A stretch of 64,000 bases of DNA from an uncultured Victivallaceae bacterium (GCA_944389925.1 CALXOD010000054.1:1211-65210); one strand, 5' to 3'; positions 25,789 to 35,240 are shown, counted from the stretch's first letter. Notes: generated from the sequence alone by a model not told the origin. A program made the numbers and translations.

Positions 25789-26510
25789 ACAAACGAGTCT
25801 TCACCCTGATCGAACTGCTGGTCGTGATCGCCATCATTGCCATTCTCGCCTCCATGCTGCTGCCCAGTCTTAATAAAGCACGCGCCACCGCCTGGAAGGC
25901 TGCCTGCATCAACATTTCCAAACAGATTGGCATCTGCGACACGCTGTACGCCAATGATTACAACGATTACCTTACGGCCGCGATCATGGAAGATGGTTCC
26001 CCCTGGTACAAGTTAATGAAACCTTATGCCAACGACCTCTTCTATCGCAAAGGCTACAAGGATAAATCCAAAGAAGCAGTCCCGATGTGCCCGGCGTCCG
26101 AACGCGAACAGGGAAAAATCATCACCAGTCACGGCGGCTCCATTTCTCCCTGGACCCCGATGGACCTGAGCTGGGAATACACCTTTCAGTGCGGCGGCTA
26201 CATGCGCAGTTACATGCTTGGCTGTAAAGGCTATACGGAATATTATCCCTATGTCAAACGCAACCAGGTCCGGCAGCCGTCGAAGAAAATCACCACAATG
26301 GATGGATATTATTTCTATTGCATGTTCAACGGACAGACCGGTTGGGAAGATCAAGTCAGCGGTTCTGTCGCATGGAGTCGTCATGATAATCGCGGTACCT
26401 ATGTGAACGCGCAATTCGTCGACGGACATGTTGCCAACTTCGCATTCCAGCCCCGTACGACGGATATGTATAACACCTTCTTCAAACCGATGGAAACCGG
26501 TACGCTTTAA
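25785..26510 (+). CDS. prepilin-type N-terminal domain protein (pseudopilin-like, PVC-type)
   Basis: 241-aa ORF whose start overlaps the regulator stop (ATGA). The N-terminus is [27 protein letters not shown], and the C-terminal region ends in ...[17 protein letters not shown]. Confidence 0.85.
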   Translation: MNKRVFTLIELLVVIAIIAILASMLLPSLNKARATAWKAACINISKQIGICDTLYANDYNDYLTAAIMEDGSPWYKLMKPYANDLFYRKGYKDKSKEAVPMCPASEREQGKIITSHGGSISPWTPMDLSWEYTFQCGGYMRSYMLGCKGYTEYYPYVKRNQVRQPSKKITTMDGYYFYCMFNGQTGWEDQVSGSVAWSRHDNRGTYVNAQFVDGHVANFAFQPRTTDMYNTFFKPMETGTL

Positions 26511-26525
26511 CCTCCAGTGTTGACG

Positions 26526-29500
26526 ATGATGAAAAAATTGATTTCATTGCTGGCCATCCTGTTGACCGGGGCGTTCACCGCTCCAGCGGCACCGGATGTC
26601 GTGTTCTCCGACAACTTCTCCGAATTCGCCGACGGCCTGCCTAAGGGCTGGAGCAAGTATGACACCGGCAGCGCCGGTACTATCACCCGGACCTTGCTGC
26701 CCTCCGGGCGCCGCGTCACGGCCCTGACGGTGAACGATCCGAAACAGGGCCTGGGACTAAGCCGGAAATTTCCCGCCACACCAGGGGTATGGTACCGCGC
26801 CATACTTGAAAGCGCGCCGATTCCGGGTAGAACCCAGGAAGGCGCGTATCTGCAACTGCGCTTCTACCCCTATCCGTTGCGAACCTTCCGCAATTCCGAA
26901 TATCTGTACCAGGTACCGCTGAATGACTTCGACGAAAACTCCAACCTGACCAGCGTCACGCTGCGTGCGCCGGAGGGAACCAACGCCGTGGCGGTTTACA
27001 TCGTCACTGCGGGCGCGGCCCCCGCGGTTCGGCTGCTGGATTTCAAGCTGGAATCCTCGCCCACGGAACTCGCCCCCCTCCCAGCCGATCCGCAGCGGGT
27101 ACCGGGTGCGTTGAAAATCACGCCGCGCAACCTGTATCTCAATACCGACCTGGTGAAGGATAAAGTTCCCTATACGGCGATCGTCATTCCGGAAACGCCC
27201 GAATACCGGCAACTCGCCGAAAAAATCAACGCTGTCGTCCTGGCGAAAACCGGTGTCCGGCTCCCCATCCTCAGTGACCAAAACTTCGCCGACACGGAGA
27301 CGCTCAAACACAACCTCATCACCATCGGCAGCCGTGACCGCAACCAGACCGTGGAAAATCTCTACAACCGTTATTATACGTTGCTGGATTCCCGCTACCC
27401 CGGAAAGGGCGGTTCGCTGGTGCGCAGTCTGCATAATCCCTTCGGAGACGGCTGCAATGTCCTCACCGTCGGCGGCAGCGATCCCGCAGGCGACCGGCAG
27501 GCTGTTGACCGTTTTGTGAACATGCTGAATGAATGCCCCGCCGGCAACGACCTCCGGCTCGGGTATCTGGCCGACATCGTCCTGGGACAGGGCAAACAGC
27601 CACCGGCAAATGCCGGTGACGCGGTCTCCTGGGACCTTTCTCCGGAAGGCGGCGGTCCGGCGGAATTCGGCTGGAATCTGATCAGCAAGAACATGGCGCT
27701 CTTCTACATGACCGGCGACGCCCGCTATGCCCGCGAGTTCATGCGTCTGGCATTTCCCGACGAACGTGCGTCGGAAGATCTCAATCAGCTGGACGGAGAA
27801 TTTGTCTACTCCAATTTGAAAAATCCGCTGGGAGAACCGTACCATTACAACGCCCATATGCTCATTCTGTACTGGGATCTTATCGAAGAAGATCCCTTTT
27901 TCTCCGACGCGGACCGGGTCCGGATTACAGAGAAATTCTATGAACAGCTCAATAACCGGCGGAAAAACGGCGACAAGGGAATTTATAAGATTTATCATAT
28001 CAAAGAGACTCCCCGGATGCTACTTGACCGTCATTATATCTCGGAAGCGGTTACCGTCTACTGTACCGCGCGCTATTTCCGGAAATATTATCCCTCCCGC
28101 GACGGCCGCGACGGCGAGAAGGTCGCGCGCCGCCTCTTTGCCACGCTTGATCAGTATCCGGCGGTCGTGGCTGGCAGCCTCTTCTGGTACAACACCTTTA
28201 TTCGACCGGCAATCCGCTTCGCCCTCCTGGACGGTGGCCGGAAGTATGTCGGCAATCCGGTCATCAGCAGTTACGTGGAGGCCCTGGTCATGCTCTCCGA
28301 ACGACGTCCGGGGGACTGGGCACATGATTATTCCAGTCCAGAACTGCTGTACCAGATGGCCTATCTTACCCAGGACCAGGCACCGGTGGAGCTGGCAAAC
28401 CTGCAGCCGAACTTCGATCCCGACCGGTTCCGGGTGGGCCAATCCTATTATCCGGCTCATCCGTATGAGCATAACTTCTTTGCCGATACGGATGGGAAAT
28501 GGCGGATCGCCAGCTTCGACGCCCGGGGCATGGACGAGTGGAATCCGCCTTTCGACAAGAGCAGAGTCGTCGAATGGATGAGCTACCGCCGCCACGGCAA
28601 ATCAGGAGAGGATTTCGCGCTGCTCGACGCGAAATATGAATCGGGCCGGAACCCCTTCCACAACTTCGCCCTGATCAGCCTGTACCTGCGCGGAGTCCCC
28701 CTGTTACGCGGCTATCATAATCAATTGCACATCTACCGGGACGGTCTCGGCGATCCGAAAATCAGCCAGTACACCGAACCGCTCCACTACGGTCGCGTCG
28801 GCAAGACCGCCTTCATGCAGGGAAAACTCGCCGCCTTCAACGGCCATGACTGGATCCGGACGTTCGTCATCCGGGAAAACGGTTTTCTGTTGACCTTCGA
28901 TGAAGTGACCCCGCTTGCAGACTGCCGCACGTCGCAGATCATCGCCAACTGGGAAACGCCCCACGGCACGAAAATGACGCCGACGGCACAGCATGAATTC
29001 GAACTTGCCAGCAGCAATACCCGCTGGACCGTCGCCTGCTCCGCCCCAGGCGAAACCAGCCAGAAACGGGTGGCCGGCGGAGCTTATCTGAAAACCACCG
29101 GCGTCGACTCCCAGCTTACTATTCTCGGTGAAGGCAAGGCAGGGCAACCGGTTCGCTTCGCCACCATCCTGCGTCCCGGCGCCCCCGGCAAAGAACCGTC
29201 CGCGGCGGAGCAGGATGGCGTCATCGCGCTGAAGCTGCCGCAGCCGGCCCTCCTGACGTCCGGGGATTCTGGATTCCTGTTGACCGAGAAAGATCACCTG
29301 TTCGGGTTTCAGGTTCATGAACTGCCAGGCGTGCTGACCGCAGCCGCTCCGATCTCCGCCGATTTTGACCGGAAAACCGGCCGACTCGCCCTGACCGCCG
29401 ACCGCGACACGGAAGTCATTCTCAGCGCCGACGGCAGAAAAGTGACGGCGCCCGCCGGCAAGGAACTGGTTCTTTCCGTTGCCGCAACACCGGAATGGAC

Positions 29501-30752
29501 CGATCCGGCCCCCACGGTGGAAACAATTCTCGCCGCCAAACCGGCGCCGGCGACAGCGACCCCGGCCACATTACCGGAACTGGCTCCGGCCTGGTCGAAG
29601 AAACCGGGCGATTTCATCGGCGAACACATCACTTTTGAGCTGGACGGCAAAGAGGTGCTGGCCGTGGCGATCGGCAACCGCGCCGTGCTGATGGACACCG
29701 ACGGCAACATCATCCGGGAATTTCCGATGGACTCCACGGTCGGCGCATTGTGCTGGCGGCCGAGTCGAAAAGAGCTGCTGGTCGGCTCGATCGATGAAAA
29801 ACTCCGGGCCTTCACGCTGGATGGGAAAACCGTCTGGGAATTTACCTCCCGCATGCCGGACGGCATCAAGCATGAACGCATGTGGTGGGCCAAGGGAGAA
29901 ATGCCCGGCGTCTGCAAAATCGGCGTCTTCGAACTGGAACCGGGCAAGGAACGGATTTTCGTCGGCGGCGCCGGCACGCTCGAAATTCTCGACGAAAACG
30001 GCAAACTGCTCAAGCGCCAGTTCCAGGAGTGGGGCACCTTTGAAGGCATGACCGAACTCCCGGCCCACGGCAAAACCCCGAAATCCGTCCTGAGCTGGGG
30101 TTTCATGGTCGGCCACCCGACGGTCTATCAGTATGAAAAGAACCTCAAACGCGGCTACATTTCACTGGACAAGGCCAAGGACGGTACCTTCATGGGCCAC
30201 TTCGGCTTCGGCTACATCGGCCGGAACCACCTGAAAACCGCGCAGATGGAACCCGGCGGCCCGGTCCGGCTGGTCGGTGACTTCAACGGTTCGGTCAACC
30301 GGGTAATGGTCTGGGATCTGGACGGCAATGTTCTGCATGAAGCCGACCTCGGATTCGGCATCCGGGCCTTCGGCGGCATTCCCTACGCCAGAGTCATGAC
30401 CCGAAATACCAACGTGCGCGGCCTGGAAACACCGGATTTCGACGGAAACGGCAAACGCTCGATCGCCGTGGCATTCGAACGCCGCTTCGTCAGCGCCTTT
30501 GACGGCAACCTGAAGTCTCGTTTCTTCTGTCCGCTTCCCGACAATCCGGTGCTGCTGACCACCGTCCGTCGTCCCGGCGGCGACCTGCTGGCGACGGCCT
30601 GTTACAACGGCGATGTCTATCTCATCGACGGCAGCGGTAATTTGACGGCCCGGGGGCGGGTGGAAGGGCGTCCGACCCTGCTGACCACGGTCGGCGACCG
30701 GCTGATCGTCGGTACGGACAAGGGCCATCTGAATGCCTTTTCGTACCAGTAA
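26526..30752 (+). CDS. large secreted multidomain protein, putative polysaccharide-active enzyme with C-terminal beta-propeller
   Basis: ORF 26517-30752, with ATG 26526 giving MMKKLISLLAILLTGAFTAPAAP as the signal peptide. The N-terminal part is beta-rich, the central part is helical-repeat (toroid-like), then a beta-sandwich-like part, and the last ~400 aa have repeated beta-strand blades. Function is inferred only from architecture and context. Confidence 0.6.
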   Translation: MMKKLISLLAILLTGAFTAPAAPDVVFSDNFSEFADGLPKGWSKYDTGSAGTITRTLLPSGRRVTALTVNDPKQGLGLSRKFPATPGVWYRAILESAPIPGRTQEGAYLQLRFYPYPLRTFRNSEYLYQVPLNDFDENSNLTSVTLRAPEGTNAVAVYIVTAGAAPAVRLLDFKLESSPTELAPLPADPQRVPGALKITPRNLYLNTDLVKDKVPYTAIVIPETPEYRQLAEKINAVVLAKTGVRLPILSDQNFADTETLKHNLITIGSRDRNQTVENLYNRYYTLLDSRYPGKGGSLVRSLHNPFGDGCNVLTVGGSDPAGDRQAVDRFVNMLNECPAGNDLRLGYLADIVLGQGKQPPANAGDAVSWDLSPEGGGPAEFGWNLISKNMALFYMTGDARYAREFMRLAFPDERASEDLNQLDGEFVYSNLKNPLGEPYHYNAHMLILYWDLIEEDPFFSDADRVRITEKFYEQLNNRRKNGDKGIYKIYHIKETPRMLLDRHYISEAVTVYCTARYFRKYYPSRDGRDGEKVARRLFATLDQYPAVVAGSLFWYNTFIRPAIRFALLDGGRKYVGNPVISSYVEALVMLSERRPGDWAHDYSSPELLYQMAYLTQDQAPVELANLQPNFDPDRFRVGQSYYPAHPYEHNFFADTDGKWRIASFDARGMDEWNPPFDKSRVVEWMSYRRHGKSGEDFALLDAKYESGRNPFHNFALISLYLRGVPLLRGYHNQLHIYRDGLGDPKISQYTEPLHYGRVGKTAFMQGKLAAFNGHDWIRTFVIRENGFLLTFDEVTPLADCRTSQIIANWETPHGTKMTPTAQHEFELASSNTRWTVACSAPGETSQKRVAGGAYLKTTGVDSQLTILGEGKAGQPVRFATILRPGAPGKEPSAAEQDGVIALKLPQPALLTSGDSGFLLTEKDHLFGFQVHELPGVLTAAAPISADFDRKTGRLALTADRDTEVILSADGRKVTAPAGKELVLSVAATPEWTDPAPTVETILAAKPAPATATPATLPELAPAWSKKPGDFIGEHITFELDGKEVLAVAIGNRAVLMDTDGNIIREFPMDSTVGALCWRPSRKELLVGSIDEKLRAFTLDGKTVWEFTSRMPDGIKHERMWWAKGEMPGVCKIGVFELEPGKERIFVGGAGTLEILDENGKLLKRQFQEWGTFEGMTELPAHGKTPKSVLSWGFMVGHPTVYQYEKNLKRGYISLDKAKDGTFMGHFGFGYIGRNHLKTAQMEPGGPVRLVGDFNGSVNRVMVWDLDGNVLHEADLGFGIRAFGGIPYARVMTRNTNVRGLETPDFDGNGKRSIAVAFERRFVSAFDGNLKSRFFCPLPDNPVLLTTVRRPGGDLLATACYNGDVYLIDGSGNLTARGRVEGRPTLLTTVGDRLIVGTDKGHLNAFSYQ

Positions 30753-30793
30753 GAAACACTGCGAACAGAGAGTCCCTCTGTAACGGGAAAAGC

Positions 30794-30843
30794 AACGGCC
30801 TTTTCAGAAATCCATCAGGAACTTCTGAAAAGGCCGTTTTTTT
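30794..30843 (+). terminator. rho-independent terminator
   Basis: Perfect 16-bp stem AACGGCCTTTTCAGAA (30794-30809) / TTCTGAAAAGGCCGTT (30823-30838), running into a T7 run (30837-30843). Confidence 0.85.
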
Positions 30844-30891
30844 CATTCCAACCATATGGTCCCCCTCCGCTCCTCCTGCGCGACACCCGCC

Positions 30892-32040
30892 TCACACCGT
30901 TCCGGGCAGATCCCGCCGCCGATCCGAGGCGTAAATCAGATACCCCGTCCGATCCGCGCTGGAACCAAGCTCCACACTGTCCGTTTCCCGCAGAATCTTT
31001 GTTTCGACAATCCAGTCTTCGCAACGCTCTCCCGTCAGATATTCCCGCACCGCCGGTGTTGCGGAGCTCAAAAACCAGACCCCGGCACACCCCCGAACGC
31101 CACGACCTTCCTCCGGCGGCGTAAATTTCCCCAGTGCACACTCCACGATTCCGCGTAGATAATCATACCCACAGGAAAGCGGCACCAGATGGGATCCGAT
31201 GAAATCCCCTCCCATCCGCGCGCCGGTTTCCGTCAACGTCCATAACCCATCGGCTCCGAGCAGCCATTCCGTATGAGCCGCTCCGGAGCATATTCCCAAA
31301 GCCGTCAACGCCGCCACCGTTCCCCTCTGCAGCACCTGCAAACACGCTTCGGGCAGCTGCGATGGCTGGTGATGGGCCAGCTCGACAAAATGCGGCGGCC
31401 CGGATGTCACCTTATCCGTCACGGCCAGAATATAATGCCGCCCTTCCCAGGAAATGCTCTCCACACTCACTTCCCGCCCGACGACGAACTCTTCAGCGAT
31501 CGCTTCGTGACTGAACGCGGCCTCCCGCGCCGCCACGGCAGCCTCCCGTAATTCAGCCGCCGTATCCACCCGTCTCACCCCTAAACTACCGGAGCGGTCG
31601 CAGGGTTTGACGATCATCGGAAAAGACAAAGTGGCAACGGCATGCGCATCATCCGCGGCATCACGCAACAGCCGAAAACGGGGACAGGGCAACCCGGCGG
31701 CGGCCAACACCTTGCGCATCTCGAATTTGTGTGTCCACATCCGTACCATCGCCGGATCCGGTCCCGGCAGCCCCATGCCCGCCGCCACATGCGCCACCGT
31801 CGGCACGGCGGCATCGGAAGCAGCTGTCAGCACACCGGAAATCCGCTGTTCCCGACAAAGCCGCAGAATCTCCTCCTTCTCCAGAATCGAAACCGGAAAG
31901 AAGGCATCCGCCTCAGCCGCCGCCACCGCCCCGTCCCGCCAGGCAAAACAGAGCGGCGAATATCCCATCTCCCGGATTTTCCGAACCAGAGGCAGTTGCA
32001 GATATCCGGCGCCGATGACAGCAATTTTCTTTTTTTTCAT
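30892..32040 (-). CDS. ATP-grasp domain enzyme, unknown substrate
   Basis: ORF 30892-32097, with the start at MKKKKIAVIGAGYLQ (32040). The layout is a pre-ATP-grasp Rossmann-like N-terminus followed by an ATP-grasp core (FPMIVKPCDRSGSLGV, EEFVVGREVSVE). Confidence 0.7.
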   Translation of the reverse strand: MKKKKIAVIGAGYLQLPLVRKIREMGYSPLCFAWRDGAVAAAEADAFFPVSILEKEEILRLCREQRISGVLTAASDAAVPTVAHVAAGMGLPGPDPAMVRMWTHKFEMRKVLAAAGLPCPRFRLLRDAADDAHAVATLSFPMIVKPCDRSGSLGVRRVDTAAELREAAVAAREAAFSHEAIAEEFVVGREVSVESISWEGRHYILAVTDKVTSGPPHFVELAHHQPSQLPEACLQVLQRGTVAALTALGICSGAAHTEWLLGADGLWTLTETGARMGGDFIGSHLVPLSCGYDYLRGIVECALGKFTPPEEGRGVRGCAGVWFLSSATPAVREYLTGERCEDWIVETKILRETDSVELGSSADRTGYLIYASDRRRDLPGTV

Positions 32041-32074
32041 GATGAACAACACCGCATCAACCAAAATTGTTCTG

Positions 32075-34030
32075 TCAGGAATCGCTGGCACCCTCATCCG
32101 ACTCCAATTCCTCAGAGTCGTTTACCGGAAACTGCGGCAAAGTGGTTTCACATATCCGAAAGACCGAAAAACGGATGTTGTGCGCCCGACAGAAAAACTC
32201 CAGCCGATGCAGAGAATCCACCGGAGTGTTACCGGCAGTCACCACCAATTTGGAAAAAGGTTGACGTCGATAAATCTCCTCTATATCCTCCGCGCCTCCC
32301 AGAACCTTGAATCCATACACGCGAAGACCGTGTAGAGCGCTGTCATCGTCGATGATGCCGACAATCTTCTCCCGGCATTCACTCCGGGTACAGCAATACA
32401 GAGAATTAATGAAAAGACGGCAATTCAACCCGCCGCCGAAAATGGCGGTGCGCTGTAATTTTTCCGGTGCCTGATACTGCAGCGACAACTTCCGGAACCA
32501 GAACCCCTCCGCGTAATGCAGCAGAAAACGCTCCAGCGAAATCAACGTCGTCGCCAACAGTGAAAACAACAATGAACCTGCAAACAGACGCTGCATCGCA
32601 TCCGGGGGCATCTGGTCCATCTCCGGAAAACAGAACAACATGATCAAAGAATTGGAAACCAACGTTCCCAATAACACCATCGATGCCAGATGCCAATAAT
32701 TGTTTAACCCCGCCCGCAGCCAGTAGACCCGGTAAACACCGGAAAAACAGAGCAGCAGCACCGGCGGAGCAAATGCCAGAACAAAAACATTGAAATAATG
32801 AAAACTGCCCAACGCCAATGACGCTGCAATCATATACGCCAGGCCAATCAGTCCGAAATCAATAAACGGATGTACCATGTTGACCAGAATCCCACGCTTC
32901 GGCTTGGCCAGCCCGTTGCGGATCAACTGGGCAGAGTCGAACAGCTCCACCACCGCCAGTTGCCGCAAGGCAATCAGTACCGCCAGCAGCAGAATGATAT
33001 AAGCCACCGCCGGTGCTGAATCCCGCACCAGAATCACCAGCAGCGCCACCACCGCGAAAAAGGACGCCAGCATATACATCCGCCAGGCTGTGGTGGTCTG
33101 TTTCTTTGTCACCCGCAGCATCCGATGGTGCAGATGATCCTGGTCCCCATCCATGATCCCGCCGGCATTGGGATCCAGCAGCTTGCGTGTACTCCGTCGC
33201 CAGATCGCCAGTACCACATCGAAAATCGGCACCCCGATAGCCAATACCGGCAGCAGCAAACTGGTGATCGTCACCGCCCGGTCAATCGCCGACAAACCGA
33301 TGATGGCAAAAATCAACCCGAGAAACGTACTGCCTGTATCTCCAAGAAAAATCTTCGCCGGATAGAAATTATAACGGAGAAACCCAAGACACGCACCCGC
33401 AAGAATCATCATTGCCACGGCTTCCGGCGCATGCCTTCCTGCCATCAGAAACCAGATCACCATACAACCGGACGACACCACTGCCAGCCCGGCAGCCAAT
33501 CCATCCAACCCATCAATCAGATTGAAGGCATTGATAATGATAATCACCCAGCCGGCGGTCAGCGGCAGGGAAATAAACCAGGGCAGCACATGCCCGAAAA
33601 ATACATAGTCTTCCGGGCCGGTCCACCAGACCACCAGAACCACTCCCAGCTGTACCAACAGTTTGACCCAGGATTTCAATTCCCAACGGTCATCTATCAG
33701 GCCGAGCCCCCCCAGCGGAATGGCCGGCAACAGCAGCCGCCAGAACACCTCTCCGCCGCCTGCTCCGCTCCTGCTCTCCAGCACATAAAAAGCCAGGGAT
33801 AGAAAGAACGCCAGGATAATGGCAATTCCACCACCACGGGGAACCAACCGATTATGAATATGTCTTCCACCCGGTTTATCCAGATAACCGAGACGCGGCA
33901 ACAGTCGAATGCAAAGATACGTAAAAAAGGCAGACAGAACAACAGCAACAGTGGGATAAATGAAAAGTCCGATGTATTTCTGAATGAAAACAAGCATAAT
34001 GCCGCCTTCGTACTCCATCTGTGAGGACAT
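32075..34030 (-). CDS. WecA/MraY-family polyprenyl-phosphate sugar-phosphate transferase fused to an extra membrane plus Rossmann-like module
   Basis: 651-aa ORF. The N-terminal ~330 aa carry PNPT motifs GLIDDRWEL, NAFNLIDGLDGLA and FLGDTGSTFLG. The C-terminal ~320 aa add 4-5 helices and a soluble region IFGGGLNCRLF...IVGIIDDDSALHGLRVYGFKVLG. The start codon is uncertain (M1, M5 or M12). Confidence 0.75.
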   Translation of the reverse strand: MSSQMEYEGGIMLVFIQKYIGLFIYPTVAVVLSAFFTYLCIRLLPRLGYLDKPGGRHIHNRLVPRGGGIAIILAFFLSLAFYVLESRSGAGGGEVFWRLLLPAIPLGGLGLIDDRWELKSWVKLLVQLGVVLVVWWTGPEDYVFFGHVLPWFISLPLTAGWVIIIINAFNLIDGLDGLAAGLAVVSSGCMVIWFLMAGRHAPEAVAMMILAGACLGFLRYNFYPAKIFLGDTGSTFLGLIFAIIGLSAIDRAVTITSLLLPVLAIGVPIFDVVLAIWRRSTRKLLDPNAGGIMDGDQDHLHHRMLRVTKKQTTTAWRMYMLASFFAVVALLVILVRDSAPAVAYIILLLAVLIALRQLAVVELFDSAQLIRNGLAKPKRGILVNMVHPFIDFGLIGLAYMIAASLALGSFHYFNVFVLAFAPPVLLLCFSGVYRVYWLRAGLNNYWHLASMVLLGTLVSNSLIMLFCFPEMDQMPPDAMQRLFAGSLLFSLLATTLISLERFLLHYAEGFWFRKLSLQYQAPEKLQRTAIFGGGLNCRLFINSLYCCTRSECREKIVGIIDDDSALHGLRVYGFKVLGGAEDIEEIYRRQPFSKLVVTAGNTPVDSLHRLEFFCRAHNIRFSVFRICETTLPQFPVNDSEELESDEGASDS

Positions 34031-34127
34031 TCTGGTTCCGCTTCAGTAAATAAAATATCTCTTTCCCTGAGAACGTTCCCATTGCCCCTCCACCTGCTGC
34101 CCCTTCCTGAATCAGGGTAAAATATAC

Positions 34128-34155
34128 TGCTTATTATACTATGCTTATTATACTA
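34128..34155. repeat. perfect 14-bp tandem direct repeat (2 copies) in an AT-rich divergent intergenic region
   Basis: TGCTTATTATACTA at 34128-34141 and again at 34142-34155, preceded by a partial copy TATAC. Confidence 0.9.
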
Positions 34156-34301
34156 TAACCTTATATAAAAAACAAGTACTTCCGACGCTTTTTTTCAGTA
34201 AATCAAGATTGAAAATCCTGAACCTCAGCAGTATTTTATACCTTTGCGGAAAGACAGCCTGGTGTGTTTCCCCCCGTTCTGAACCTCCTCGAATATCTCC
34301 A

Positions 34302-35240
34302 ATGAAAGCAAAATGCAGTATGAATTCCGAAATCCCCCTGCTCTGCATCACCGGACCAACCGCCTCCGGTAAAAGTGCTCTGGCACTGCAACTGGCACGG
34401 GAATTGAACGGAGAAATCGTCTCCGCCGATTCCATGCAGCTGTATCGCGGACTGGAAATCGGGACCGCTCAGCCAACAGCAGAGGAAAAAGCACTGATTC
34501 CACACCATCTGGTCGGCTGTTTTGATTTGTCTGAGCGAATTGACGTTACCCGGTTCGTACGACTGGCCGATGCGGCCATTGCGGATATACGCGCCCGCGG
34601 CCGGATACCGATCATTGCCGGTGGAACCGGCTTTTACGTCAAGGCGTTGCTCTATGGGCTGGATGACCTGCCGGCCGACCCGGAACTGCGCCGGGAACTG
34701 GATCTGGCCTATGACCGTGACGATCGCTTCGATGCCTTGCGCATGCGTATGCGCGACCTCGATCCTGCGGCAGAGGCCCGCTGGCACAACTGTCGTCGCA
34801 AACTGATCCGTGCCCTGGAAGTCCGCTTGTTGACCGGCCGTTCCCTGCTGGAGCTTCAAAAGGGCCCTCAGCCTCTGCGGTACCATACCTTCGCCCGTAC
34901 CCTGCAGTGGCCGCCGGAACTGCTGCGGCAGCGAATTGCCGAACGTACCCGGCTCATGCTCCACAACGGCTGGATCGAGGAAACCGCAACCGCTCTGGCT
35001 GCCGGTCTGGCCAGTTCCCCCACTGCTCATCAGGCATTGGGATATGCCGTTATAGCGGAATACCTTGCAGGAAAACTGACGCTGGTGGAAACAACGGAAC
35101 GCATCATCAACCGCACTTGCCAGCTTGCGCGCCGGCAGCGGACCTGGTTTCGGCACCAACACCCGGAAGCGCTGCCGATATCTCTCCCGGGAGAACCGCT
35201 GCCGGTTCTGCTGTGCGAATGGAAGAACTTTATCCGATAG
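34302..35240 (+). CDS. miaA: tRNA dimethylallyltransferase
   Basis: ORF 34209-35240, with the probable start at ATG 34302 or 34320. P-loop ITGPTASGKSALA, SADSMQLYRGLEIGTAQP and IIAGGTGFY. Confidence 0.9.
   Translation: MKAKCSMNSEIPLLCITGPTASGKSALALQLARELNGEIVSADSMQLYRGLEIGTAQPTAEEKALIPHHLVGCFDLSERIDVTRFVRLADAAIADIRARGRIPIIAGGTGFYVKALLYGLDDLPADPELRRELDLAYDRDDRFDALRMRMRDLDPAAEARWHNCRRKLIRALEVRLLTGRSLLELQKGPQPLRYHTFARTLQWPPELLRQRIAERTRLMLHNGWIEETATALAAGLASSPTAHQALGYAVIAEYLAGKLTLVETTERIINRTCQLARRQRTWFRHQHPEALPISLPGEPLPVLLCEWKNFIR

Noticed and set aside
26757-27998. 413-aa minus-strand ORF inside the giant gene
   Set aside because: It is antisense to the 1,408-aa signal-peptide protein. That plus-frame reading is continuous over 4.2 kb and structured, whereas the antisense translation is Arg/Gly-rich low complexity.
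34128-34155. 14-bp tandem repeat considered as a CRISPR-like or mobile-element end
   Set aside because: There are only two adjacent copies with no spacers, and no associated cas or transposase genes. It lies in an AT-rich divergent promoter region, so it is more likely promoter/operator sequence or replication slippage.
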